A stretch of DNA of 64,000 nt, taken from IMG/VR virus record IMGVR_UViG_3300032677_000006. One strand, 5' to 3'. This document shows positions 36,068-45,080 of this stretch, piece by piece. The position numbers and the translations under genes were made by a program. The notes under the pieces are model-generated. The model had not been told where the DNA came from. It did not search any database and worked only from the letters and a program-made list of their open reading frames with translations. This stretch comes from a virus. How positions within the stretch are numbered: position 1 is the stretch's first letter; each line of letters opens with the position of its first letter.

Positions 36068-38014
36068 ATGGCTGACTTAAAACTCAAGCGCCTGAAAATG
36101 CGCAACTGGATGAAGTTCCGTGATGTGGATTTGGAGTTCCCCGACCAGGGCCTGATCCTGGTCCAGGGCCTCAACACCGCCTCCGGCGGTGCCCTGGCCT
36201 CGGTGGGATCGGGTAAGACCGCCGTGGGCGAAGCTTTGTGCCGCACCCTGCTGGGCATCACAGGCCGGTTCACCAGCGCCAAGCAGTATAGCCTGGACAA
36301 GCAGGGCGACCTGTACGTCCGTCTGGAGGCCGAACTGCTGGGCAAGCCGCTGCTGGTGGAAGCCGGGTACGCCTGCGACGAATTTCAAAGCTCCGGCGAG
36401 GCCCTGAGCTACACCCACGGCGGCACCCGGGTCGAGCGCGGGCGCATGCAGGAGACACGCGCCCAGCTGGCCAAGCTGTTGGGCGTGTCTCCGCAGCTGG
36501 CGGACTGGACGGCCTTCATCGACGGCGAGCGGCTCAAGTTCAATCGGCTGTCCCAGGCGGACAGCGTCAGCCTCGTCATGGCGGCGCTCCGCCAGCCAGA
36601 ATGGTCCAGCTACTTTGAAATCCTGAAGAAAAAGTCGGGCGAGTTCCAGGTTACCGCCGCCAAGGACAGCCAGGCCCACGCCACCGCCATCGAAAACCTA
36701 ACCGACGCCCAGCGCGACCTGGACGCGGCCAAGGACGCGTATCTGGCCGCCAAAGAAGAGCACCAGCGCAACCTGGACAACCACGAGGCCAAAATCAACG
36801 AAGTACGCCAGCGCAAAGTCAATCTGGAGAATCGCCTGAAGGAGATCAGCGCCAAAATGCAGGAGATCAAGACCCAGCTGAAACTCATGGAGGACGAGCG
36901 CGCCAAAAAGTCCCACGACATTGAAATCAACATCCACAAGGTAGAAGACGTCCTGACCGCCCTGGACGACGAAAAGGAAAAACTCCTTAAAACACGTGAC
37001 ACGCGCCAGGAGACCATGTCCACCACGCGCACCGCCAGGCAGAATTACCTGTCCTCGGCGGCCAACTGTCCGACCTGCAACCGGCCCCGTGGAAAACTGG
37101 ACCCGGAGCGCCAGCAGGAGCTGGAAGCTGCCTACCAGAAGGGTTGTAACGCCTTCAACGAGATCAACGAACAGCTCAGCCAGCTTAACGAGAAGATCAA
37201 GGCCAAGCAGCAGTCGCTGCGCGACCTGCGCAAGGAGTTCAGCGAAGCGTCGGCCAGCGACGAGGTCAAGCAGCTGTCGGACGACTACGAGGACCTCGTC
37301 GAAAAGCAAAACGCCAACGAAGACCGCGTCCAAGACCTGGACGTGGAACTGGCGGGCTTGAAAGCGCCGCCCTCGGACAGCAACGTGGTCAGAGCGGCCA
37401 CCACCTTGAAAGCCTCCAAGGCGTACCTGCAAAAGTGCCAGGACAAGCTGGACGCGGCGGCGGTGAGCGTGACCCAGAATGACTTCACCGCGAAGGTGAT
37501 CAAATACTGGTACACCGCTTTCTCCTCCTACGGCATTCCCAACCTGGTGCTGCGGGAAGCCATCGGACCGCTCAACCACGAGGCCCGGCGCGTGTCAGCG
37601 GCCATGACCGGCGGCACCATCGACATCCGCTTCAGCACGGTCCGGGAGCTGGCCAGCGGCCAGGAGAAGGCGCAGCTCCACGTGGAAGTAGACAACAAAC
37701 TGGGCGACAAGGAACTGGCAGGCAGTTCCAAAGGCGAGGGCGGCCTGACCAACTTCATCATCGCCGAAACGCTGTCCGAAGTCGGCCAGGTTTCGCGGCG
37801 GCTGGGATTCCGGTGGTATGACGAAATCCTGCCCCATCAGGACCCGAAGGTATGCCAGAGCATCTACAGCTACATGAAAGACGTGGCCCAGCGCCTGGGC
37901 ATCCTGGTGTTCCTGGTGGACCACAACCCGGTGGCCGCCAACTACGCCGACCACGTGCTGATCGTGGAGAAGCACAAGCGCGACCAGGTGGCCAGCACCA
38001 TCCGCTGGCGCTGA
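36068..38014 (+). CDS. Rad50/SbcC-like ATPase (T4 gp46-like)
   Basis: Walker A 'GSGKT', coiled coil with CPTC Zn hook, 'SKGE' signature, 'YDE', 'VDH'. Confidence 0.93.
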   Translation: MADLKLKRLKMRNWMKFRDVDLEFPDQGLILVQGLNTASGGALASVGSGKTAVGEALCRTLLGITGRFTSAKQYSLDKQGDLYVRLEAELLGKPLLVEAGYACDEFQSSGEALSYTHGGTRVERGRMQETRAQLAKLLGVSPQLADWTAFIDGERLKFNRLSQADSVSLVMAALRQPEWSSYFEILKKKSGEFQVTAAKDSQAHATAIENLTDAQRDLDAAKDAYLAAKEEHQRNLDNHEAKINEVRQRKVNLENRLKEISAKMQEIKTQLKLMEDERAKKSHDIEINIHKVEDVLTALDDEKEKLLKTRDTRQETMSTTRTARQNYLSSAANCPTCNRPRGKLDPERQQELEAAYQKGCNAFNEINEQLSQLNEKIKAKQQSLRDLRKEFSEASASDEVKQLSDDYEDLVEKQNANEDRVQDLDVELAGLKAPPSDSNVVRAATTLKASKAYLQKCQDKLDAAAVSVTQNDFTAKVIKYWYTAFSSYGIPNLVLREAIGPLNHEARRVSAAMTGGTIDIRFSTVRELASGQEKAQLHVEVDNKLGDKELAGSSKGEGGLTNFIIAETLSEVGQVSRRLGFRWYDEILPHQDPKVCQSIYSYMKDVAQRLGILVFLVDHNPVAANYADHVLIVEKHKRDQVASTIRWR

Positions 38015-38881
38015 TCACTCGTACGGGGACTGGGTGTCGTTGCCCTGGCCAAAGCCTTGATAGTTGGCCGCGTACACCAGGCTGCGTGTGTTGTACAGCA
38101 GGCCCTTGACGTCGTCAGCGTACGTCTGAGGCGTTTCCGACACCGTCGTCGGAAAGTTCGACGTGCTGATGTTCTGCGAGTTGCCGTAGCCCGGGTTGTG
38201 GACAAAGGTAAAGCTGTATTCCGCCGAGGTCGGCACGTTGAAGCTGCTGCTGGGACCCCGGTTCCAGGGTCCGCCAAAAACCACCTTCACATCCTTGACG
38301 TAGCCGATGCAGGAAATGCCGACACTGCCCTGGGCGATCCAGATCAGGTTCAACCAGCAGGTCACCGGGCTGGTGATCATGCCGTTGGTGTCGCTGCTGG
38401 TGCGCTGGACGCTGTACACCTGCTCCTGGGAGGCCGCTGACTGACTAGAAGGATCGGTGGCCTTGCCGGTCAGGTCACTGCTCGTCCCGGCGACCGGGGC
38501 AACTGTAACACCCCGATTGAAAGTGCTGACAGGCAGAATGAACGAATGCAGCCTGGCCGCCAACTTAAGCAGTGTCAGTCCGCCCTCCTTGCAGTACTGG
38601 CTGTCCATGAAGTGGAGCTTAAAGCTCAGCGGCAGCTCCATGGGCTTGGTGCCCTTGTACTGGTGGATGCCGTCGGGCATGTTGGGCGCGTAGTTGACCA
38701 CGTAATCCGCCGACCGGGCCAGCTCCAGCACATCCGGCATGGCGGGAAAGTCTACGGAGATCGTGTTGGCGTACCCCTGACCACCCTGCGCGTTTTTGAG
38801 CGCGTACAGCGAGTTGGTGCTGGGCATGGCCACCAGCCTGCCAAACAGCAGCTGGTCGTCGCGTCGAATGTTAATGTCCAT
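38015..38881 (-). CDS. Tube-like baseplate protein (gp48 / CIS tube-like)
   Basis: Directly after the tape measure; 'YKGT.PMELPLSFKL', 'CIGYVKDVKV', 'PTSAEYSFTF'. Confidence 0.6.
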   Translation of the reverse strand: MDINIRRDDQLLFGRLVAMPSTNSLYALKNAQGGQGYANTISVDFPAMPDVLELARSADYVVNYAPNMPDGIHQYKGTKPMELPLSFKLHFMDSQYCKEGGLTLLKLAARLHSFILPVSTFNRGVTVAPVAGTSSDLTGKATDPSSQSAASQEQVYSVQRTSSDTNGMITSPVTCWLNLIWIAQGSVGISCIGYVKDVKVVFGGPWNRGPSSSFNVPTSAEYSFTFVHNPGYGNSQNISTSNFPTTVSETPQTYADDVKGLLYNTRSLVYAANYQGFGQGNDTQSPYE

Positions 38882-38884
38882 AGG

Positions 38885-41125
38885 CTAGTCTGACAGTTCT
38901 CCGGATTTTTGCCATTGTCGCCAGGTTGAATTCTGCTTGGCCCGCTCGACTTCGACATCGCGGCTGCTGTCCTCCGCCTGTTTGAAGCGCTTCTCCGCCC
39001 AGGTCAGGTGCTTCTCCGCAATGAGTCCCTGCTTTTTAGTGACATCAAGCAGCTCTTTGTCCTTGAGCACTTGCGGCAGGCCACGCTGTTGCACCGTCTG
39101 AAACATGCCACGGGTGTAGACGCCGCGCGCAATCGCTTCCGCCGCCACCACCTGCTGCTCGTCCATCCACTGCTTCATTTTGGCGCTGCGCTCGCGCGGG
39201 TCTTCGATGCTTTGAAACATCGGGATGGCCTGGCTGTACAGTTTGTTCAGCTGGTACTCCACCCCGCTGGCGGTGCCGAAGCGGGCCTCCCGATACAGAT
39301 TGGATTTGGTGCGGTCGGCCAGCAGCGTCGCCTTGTCGAACTCCACCTTGCGGGAATTGGCCTGCGCCTCAGCGGTCGCCTTGTTGATCTGGTAGATGTG
39401 GTACACCATGCCGCTAATTATGGCAACGCCTGCGGCGATGACAGCCAGCGGACCCAGGGCGGTAAAACGGAGCATCGCCCAGATCAGCCGCAACGACCCC
39501 AGCATGCCGCTAAAAGTCGGCGCGGCTGCGGTGTACCCGGGAATTTTTCCTAGAATGCCGCCGACACTTCCGGTGTTGCCCGCCGCCTGGGCCACGGCCA
39601 GGGCAGCCGCGCTTCGGGCGGCTATGCCCGCTGAAACCGCGACTGCGTACAGGCTCTTGACCAACGATCCCAAGCCGATCACAGCCCATCCAACGCCAAC
39701 CGCCAACGCGGCCCCAGCAACAGCCACTGCGACTTTGCTTTTAGCCAGCCAGCCCGTTAAATCCGCCAACTTGTTTACGACGTAGCTGATCCCAGGCGTC
39801 ACGTAGTACAGTGCCTGCTGGAACAAGCCCTTTAGCGACTCGACGATGCGCGTAATCCCGGCGTTGGTGGCGTGCATCTGCTCCCGCCAGCGATCCTGAA
39901 GCGAGATGGTGCCGACCTGCTGCTTGTTGGCCCGGTCAATCGCCATGATCAGCTGGTTCGCCTGCTGAGCCGACATGTTGAACATCTCACCCAGGATGTT
40001 GAGCCGGAACTGCCGATCCCAACCCTGCGACTGTCCGACCAGGCTTTTGCCGTACGCGGCAAAACGATCCATGACCGTCTGGACGCCCTGTGACGTGGCC
40101 ACAAACTCCGGCTGAACGCCCAGGATGCCCGCGCCCGTCAAACCTTCCGGCGTGGTCAGCTTGCTGACCAGCTCCTCCACGGTGCCGGGAACACCGCCGA
40201 CTTCTTTCAACGCGCCCTCGTAGCGCCCGACCAGCTTGAGCACTTCCGGCAACCCGGCGGCACCAAGGCCAGGCCGTAGACGACCCATGACATTGGCCAG
40301 CGACTCGGCCAGTTTGGCCGCCTCATTGCCCGCCAGTGCCGTGTCGTCCACCAGCTGAGCCACCACGTCGGCCACGCCGCTGAACGAACCCTTAAGCTGC
40401 CGCTCCACGATGGAAGCCAGGCGGGCCGCCGTGTCCACTTCCACGCCCAGGCCCTGCTCCATTTGATTGACGATGCGCAGGTTATCGGCGAAAGTGCGCT
40501 CCGTATCCATGCTGTAGTGAACCAGCGCCCGTGCGGCGCTGGTCGCCAATTCAAAACTCGTGCCCAGCTCCGTCTGCGTAGCCAAAGTCCGCCGCATCAG
40601 ACCGCCCCGGGTCTCCCAGCTGGCATTAGCCTCGATAAGATTCTGGTTTAACTGGCTTTCCTTGAGCACAAGGTCAGCCGCCATACCTGTGAGGGCCGCC
40701 AGCGCCAACAGTTTAAGCTTGTCGTATTTCTGCCAAATTTCCGCCGCCTGTATTTGAGCGCGTACGTGTTCACGGCCTGCCTTGTACGTTTCCAGTATCT
40801 GAGCCTGTTCCTCTTTCCGACTGGCCTTCCGTGCTCGGTTGTAGCCGATTTGAGCCGTATGGACTAAACCGTCAAAAACAGCTTCGGACTTTTTCAGTTC
40901 AGTCAGTTGAGAAGCTTCAGACGTAAGAACTTTAGAGAGTGCTTGGTACATCCGTGTCTCTTGCACGACGTGAGTAACGGCGTGCTTGAGGGCATCCATT
41001 CCAACCGTCAAAGCCGCGAGCTGGGTAACGGAAAAGGAGATGCCGTGCGCCGCCTTTTGACCGCGCTCCAGATGCTCCGCCAGTTTGTGGGCGTGCTCTG
41101 TTAGCTCTGAAAATTCACCGGGCAT
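38885..41125 (-). CDS. Tape measure protein
   Basis: 746 aa, Ala/Gly-rich and helical with hydrophobic segments. Confidence 0.75.
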   Translation of the reverse strand: MPGEFSELTEHAHKLAEHLERGQKAAHGISFSVTQLAALTVGMDALKHAVTHVVQETRMYQALSKVLTSEASQLTELKKSEAVFDGLVHTAQIGYNRARKASRKEEQAQILETYKAGREHVRAQIQAAEIWQKYDKLKLLALAALTGMAADLVLKESQLNQNLIEANASWETRGGLMRRTLATQTELGTSFELATSAARALVHYSMDTERTFADNLRIVNQMEQGLGVEVDTAARLASIVERQLKGSFSGVADVVAQLVDDTALAGNEAAKLAESLANVMGRLRPGLGAAGLPEVLKLVGRYEGALKEVGGVPGTVEELVSKLTTPEGLTGAGILGVQPEFVATSQGVQTVMDRFAAYGKSLVGQSQGWDRQFRLNILGEMFNMSAQQANQLIMAIDRANKQQVGTISLQDRWREQMHATNAGITRIVESLKGLFQQALYYVTPGISYVVNKLADLTGWLAKSKVAVAVAGAALAVGVGWAVIGLGSLVKSLYAVAVSAGIAARSAAALAVAQAAGNTGSVGGILGKIPGYTAAAPTFSGMLGSLRLIWAMLRFTALGPLAVIAAGVAIISGMVYHIYQINKATAEAQANSRKVEFDKATLLADRTKSNLYREARFGTASGVEYQLNKLYSQAIPMFQSIEDPRERSAKMKQWMDEQQVVAAEAIARGVYTRGMFQTVQQRGLPQVLKDKELLDVTKKQGLIAEKHLTWAEKRFKQAEDSSRDVEVERAKQNSTWRQWQKSGELSD

Positions 41126-41137
41126 GGTTATTTAATG

Positions 41138-41165
41138 TTGACAGATTCAATTAAACGTATACATT
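41138..41165 (+). promoter_or_regulatory. Sigma70-type promoter, probably leaderless
   Basis: TTGACA-16-TACATT, ATG 6 nt later. Confidence 0.65.
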
Positions 41166-41171
41166 TACGCT

Positions 41172-41432
41172 ATGATCGTTAATCCATTCACCGCTGGCTT
41201 TGTGATCGGTCATGCGCTTAGCTCGCGTAGGCTGGAAAAGCCACAACCACCTCCACCAATCCAGGTATACACTCCGCTCACGCGCGCCGACCGGCGGCGA
41301 TTAACAAAACTGGAAGCTGCCCGCCGTGTGCGTTCCGCGCAACTAGACGCGGAGGACAGGGCCTTCGCGCTCTTGGTGGTCCTCATTGTCGTCGGATTAG
41401 TCATCGGCAGCATCGTCGTAAACGGAGGCTAA
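41172..41432 (+). CDS. Small membrane protein
   Basis: C-terminal transmembrane segment ALLVVLIVVGLVIGSIVV. Confidence 0.6.
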   Translation: MIVNPFTAGFVIGHALSSRRLEKPQPPPPIQVYTPLTRADRRRLTKLEAARRVRSAQLDAEDRAFALLVVLIVVGLVIGSIVVNGG

Positions 41433-41911
41433 GCCAACAACCGGTTAACCACCGACTCCGGCGTGCTTTCCTTCAGCTTACCGCCGCTTGTGGTCTGGCC
41501 CTTGTCCTGGTTCGTGAAACCCTTCAAGCCGCGCTGGTTGGTGATCGCCTTGCGCAGGTTCAGGGATTTGGTCCACTTCCTCGCCGTTCCACCGGGCTGG
41601 TCCATCACGTCCTTGGACGTCATCCGGGCGTAGCTGCGCGTCTCCGGCTCCACGTTGACCTTGCTGTGGTCCGCCAGATCGTCGCGGCCCTCCAGCGCCC
41701 ACTGGCGCTGGAACAGCTCCCGGGCGGTCAGCGGCAGGGCCTCGTGCTGGACATGGTCTGGCAGACCCTTGGGCTTCCGGTGCGTGAAATCCTCCAAGTC
41801 GCCCGGCTTCATGGACCGTTTGATGTCCTTGGCCGCTCCGTAGAGCTTGCTGGCCGGACTGTGCTTGGCGGCCTGCATGGCCCGCCACTGTGCGCTACTT
41901 TTTGCTGGCAT
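41429..41911 (-). CDS. Basic hypothetical protein
   Basis: 'MPAKSSAQWRAM...DLEDFT..K.KGLPDHV'; C-terminal 'ESVVNRLL'; GTAGTTA upstream. Confidence 0.65.
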   Translation of the reverse strand: MPAKSSAQWRAMQAAKHSPASKLYGAAKDIKRSMKPGDLEDFTHRKPKGLPDHVQHEALPLTARELFQRQWALEGRDDLADHSKVNVEPETRSYARMTSKDVMDQPGGTARKWTKSLNLRKAITNQRGLKGFTNQDKGQTTSGGKLKESTPESVVNRLLA

Positions 41912-41984
41912 ATATTTCGTTGCCCTAACTACCGGCGCAAACAGGCCGCTTTTGGCCCTGGTAAAACTTTGTTAAAATTTTATG

Positions 41985-42013
41985 TTGACGAGTTTGGATT
42001 TTTCGTCTACATT
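41985..42013 (+). promoter_or_regulatory. Sigma70-type promoter
   Basis: TTGACG-17-TACATT with AT-rich upstream element. Confidence 0.7.
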
Positions 42014-42067
42014 GGACACGTGACAGTCAACAACGTCTAAACTTAAACAATCAAACACAGGAAAAAT

Positions 42068-42871
42068 ATGAACGGTCTGATGCTACATTGCGGTGCCCAC
42101 AACGTGACGCGCGAACAGGTCATGGAAGTCAAAACCCCCTCGCCCACCGATACCTGGTATCCCATCGCCCACGAGACCCTGATCTCCCGGGTCGAGCAGG
42201 CGCTGGGCAGCCTGAACATGCGCGTCATGGAGCAGGCGCACGCGCTCACCAAGAACGGCGACCGCTACTTCGGCCTCCTGCGCGTGGCCAACTGCCAGAA
42301 GACGGCGGACGACTACGCCTACGTCCTGGGCCTGCGCAACGCCCACGACAAAGCCTTCACCGCCTCCCTCGCCGTCGGGGCCAGCGTGTTCGTGTGCGAC
42401 AACCTCAGCTTCAGCGGCGAGATTACCATCGCCCGCAAGCACACCCGGTTCATCGAGCAGGACCTCCCGAAGCTCACCGGCAACGCCGTCGGGCTGCTCG
42501 CCCAGAAGTGGTCCGTCATGAACGACCGCATCGCCCAGTACAAGCAGACGATGCTGACCGACTCCACCGCCCACGACTTCATCATCCGCGCCACGGACAT
42601 TAACGCCTGCACGCTCCAGCAGATTCCGTCCATCCTCAAGGAATGGCGCACGCCCCGGCACCCGGAATTTGCCAAGGACAAGTCCGCCTGGCGTCTGCAC
42701 AACGCGTTCACGGAAGTTTACAAAGAGACCAGCCTGACCCTTCTGCCGCAACGGTCCATCCGTCTAAGCGGTTTAATGGACGCCCAGGTGGGCTTCGCCA
42801 CCACGACCGCAGCGGAGAAGGTTACGGCGGGCACGGTGGAAGTCGACGCAGCGGTCGTGGCCACGAACTAA
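42068..42871 (+). CDS. DUF932/DUF945-family protein
   Basis: 'GLRNAHDK...VGASVFVCDNLSFSG', 'RKHT', 'AWRLHNAFTE'. Confidence 0.8.
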   Translation: MNGLMLHCGAHNVTREQVMEVKTPSPTDTWYPIAHETLISRVEQALGSLNMRVMEQAHALTKNGDRYFGLLRVANCQKTADDYAYVLGLRNAHDKAFTASLAVGASVFVCDNLSFSGEITIARKHTRFIEQDLPKLTGNAVGLLAQKWSVMNDRIAQYKQTMLTDSTAHDFIIRATDINACTLQQIPSILKEWRTPRHPEFAKDKSAWRLHNAFTEVYKETSLTLLPQRSIRLSGLMDAQVGFATTTAAEKVTAGTVEVDAAVVATN

Positions 42872-42878
42872 AACAAAC

Positions 42879-42907
42879 AGGGCTGGCCTGCGAGGCCAGC
42901 CCTTTTT
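42879..42907 (+). terminator. Intrinsic terminator
   Basis: AGGGCTGGCCT-GCG-AGGCCAGCCCT-TTTT. Confidence 0.88.
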
Positions 42908-42920
42908 CGTCTACACTTAT

Positions 42921-43145
42921 ATGGCTGAAGCTAAAGCACCCGAACCGCCCCGCAAGCCGACCAAGATCATCCAGGTCAGCTACGGCATGTCCGTGAACAT
43001 CGGCAACTACGAATCCGTCAAGTTCGACCTGACGGCCCAGGTGACGCCGGACGAAGACTGGCGCGATGTCCTAGACTCGCTCCAACGCAAGTCGGCCCGC
43101 CTGAAGGAACACATCCAGGCCGAGCACGGCATCACCAACAGCTGA
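42921..43145 (+). CDS. Small phage protein ('NIGNYES' motif)
   Basis: 'VSYGMSVNIGNYESVKFD'. Confidence 0.7.
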   Translation: MAEAKAPEPPRKPTKIIQVSYGMSVNIGNYESVKFDLTAQVTPDEDWRDVLDSLQRKSARLKEHIQAEHGITNS

Positions 43146-43370
43146 CTAGGTGTTGTTGTAGCTGCGCGGATTACCGGCCACATTGGGGCCGTTGTTCTTT
43201 TTCTGGTTGCCCGCGCAGTTGAAACCGCACTCGATGTTCGAGTTGGTCACGGTGTTGTCCGTGGCCAGACCGCTGTTGGTCGTGGGCGCGGGAGTCGAGA
43301 TGCGGCCCGAGCCAGCGGCGCTGGGTCCGTTGTCGTAGCGAGCGTTTGGATCAAAATTTTTATTGGCCAT
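43146..43370 (-). CDS. Small Asn/Gly-rich protein
   Basis: GTAGTTA 7 nt upstream. Confidence 0.55.
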   Translation of the reverse strand: MANKNFDPNARYDNGPSAAGSGRISTPAPTTNSGLATDNTVTNSNIECGFNCAGNQKKNNGPNVAGNPRSYNNT

Positions 43371-43380
43371 AGCGTATTAA

Positions 43381-43638
43381 CTACATCGCCTGCTCCTGGC
43401 CTGGCCCGTTGACCCCGTAGTCAGGCACCCCAGGGGCCGGAATGATCTCCACCGACTGAATCGTCGGCACCGACGTGGGATTCGTCGCCCCGGCAGCGTT
43501 TGGCCCTACGGCGGGAATGATGGTGCCGTCCGGCGTGCGCCAGCTGAAGTTGTAAGGGTCGCGGGCGTATACCGTGACCTTGCTGATGGGCGGCGGGTTT
43601 CGCGGCTGCGCCAGCGCCCAGGGTGTGAATTCGGCCAT
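43381..43638 (-). CDS. Small Pro-rich protein
   Basis: CTAGTTA motif variant 3 nt upstream. Confidence 0.55.
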   Translation of the reverse strand: MAEFTPWALAQPRNPPPISKVTVYARDPYNFSWRTPDGTIIPAVGPNAAGATNPTSVPTIQSVEIIPAPGVPDYGVNGPGQEQAM

Positions 43639-43644
43639 GCCTAA

Positions 43645-44244
43645 CTAGCGCTCCAGCACCAGCACGACCGGGTACAGTGTCTTGTCCAGGGACCAGATGG
43701 CCTCGTCCGGCGACTGCGGGCTTACCGGAAGCCATTCGCCGGTGCGGCTGTCCACCAGGGAAATCTTCAGCCCGTGATCCGTCGCCGTGCGCACGAACGA
43801 CTTCCAGAGGCGCTTGCCGCCTTCCAGGTGCTCAAAATCGGAGACCACCCCGCCCGCATACTGGACGTAGCTGAAATACCAGCGCGTCGCCACGCCGCCC
43901 CGGGCGAAGCTCTCCCGGATGCTCAGCCGGTGCGCCTGCATGTAGCCCTTGATGTTGGACGGGCGCAGCTGAACCGTCATGACCGGAACGATGCCGGTCC
44001 TTGGCGGGTTCTCGGTGTCAGGCACGGAAAACACGTAGCCGAAGTTGCCCGCCGGGGAAAGGGCGTAGGCGTAGTCGGCATCCTGGGTCATCAGCTGGCA
44101 GGCCCAGTAGTTGTCCATCGACAGGGGCCGGAAGCCGGAATCTCGCTGGTAGGCGAAGGGACCTGGGTAATACTGGGGCGACTCCCGGAGCTGGCCCAGG
44201 GTGGGCAGGTCCAGGAGCTTCGTCACTAGCTGATCGGCACGCAT
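43645..44244 (-). CDS. GNAT-like protein
   Basis: 'FARGGVATRWY...VVSD...GGKRLWKSF' resembles GNAT motifs A/B. Confidence 0.5.
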   Translation of the reverse strand: MRADQLVTKLLDLPTLGQLRESPQYYPGPFAYQRDSGFRPLSMDNYWACQLMTQDADYAYALSPAGNFGYVFSVPDTENPPRTGIVPVMTVQLRPSNIKGYMQAHRLSIRESFARGGVATRWYFSYVQYAGGVVSDFEHLEGGKRLWKSFVRTATDHGLKISLVDSRTGEWLPVSPQSPDEAIWSLDKTLYPVVLVLER

Positions 44245-44250
44245 ACTAAA

Positions 44251-44279
44251 AATGTATACAATCGACAGGTCGATGTCAA
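44251..44279 (-). promoter_or_regulatory. Sigma70-type leaderless promoter with an inverted repeat in the spacer
   Basis: TTGACA-17-TACATT-6nt-ATG; ATCGAC-NN-GTCGAT at 44261-44274. Confidence 0.75.
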
Positions 44280-44295
44280 TTTAAGCTTTAACCCG

Positions 44296-44802
44296 TCAAA
44301 AACTGGGCAGGATGTCGAACTGCCACGTCTCGCCCGGCACCGGCTCCAGGGTCCTGATGCTGGCGTGGTCGCTGTCCTGGTACCTTTGGCTGCCGAACAC
44401 ATTTTCCCGGTTGGAGTAAAACTCAACGCGCACGACCCCTGCTCCCATCCACTGGCGGCAGCCGCACTGGAACGGCACCTGAATCTTGTGCCGTTCCGCC
44501 ACGCTGGCATCGTGGCAGCGGTAGAGCTGGTCGTCGGGCATGGCTTGCAGATCGCGGAGCGTGCGCAACGGCCCGGCCTCCAGGAGCGCATCAACCAGGG
44601 CCACCGGCTTGCCGCGTTTGAGCGCTTCTTCCAGCTTGGCGTTCGTAAATGGCCGGTGCAGCAGGAGGTCCAGCTCGTTGTTGAGCGCCTTCAGCTCGGC
44701 GGATACGTGCGCAGTGGGCTGCGCCAGGCCGTCCAGGCGGTCATACTCAGCGTCCAACTGCGCGATACGCGCTTTAACCACGGCAAGTCGTCTCTGTCTC
44801 AC
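44296..44802 (-). CDS. Hypothetical protein
   Basis: GTG 5 nt after GTAGTTA. Confidence 0.55.
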   Translation of the reverse strand: MRQRRLAVVKARIAQLDAEYDRLDGLAQPTAHVSAELKALNNELDLLLHRPFTNAKLEEALKRGKPVALVDALLEAGPLRTLRDLQAMPDDQLYRCHDASVAERHKIQVPFQCGCRQWMGAGVVRVEFYSNRENVFGSQRYQDSDHASIRTLEPVPGETWQFDILPSF

Positions 44803-44837
44803 GCCCCTAACTACGGACAAATTCAGTTCTAGCGGGC

Positions 44838-45080
44838 ATGATCACGAATCGACTCGTTTCCATTGACATCCCGGGCGCGCCCGACGTCACGACCAAAGAC
44901 GCGGAGTGCTGCGACAAAATGGTGGAGGGCGTCCACACCCTCAACCTGGCGTGCGAACTGGCCGCCGCCAACGGCACGCACATCACCATGTGGCCGATGC
45001 ACTACTGCCCCTGGTGCGGCAAATCGTTTACCGAATCGGCGAAGGAATTCCTGGCCAAGCAGCCGGTCAAAGGTACGTGA
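44838..45080 (+). CDS. Small Cys-rich (Zn-binding) protein
   Basis: 'ECCDKM...YCPWCGK'; GTTCTAG upstream. Confidence 0.65.
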   Translation: MITNRLVSIDIPGAPDVTTKDAECCDKMVEGVHTLNLACELAAANGTHITMWPMHYCPWCGKSFTESAKEFLAKQPVKGT

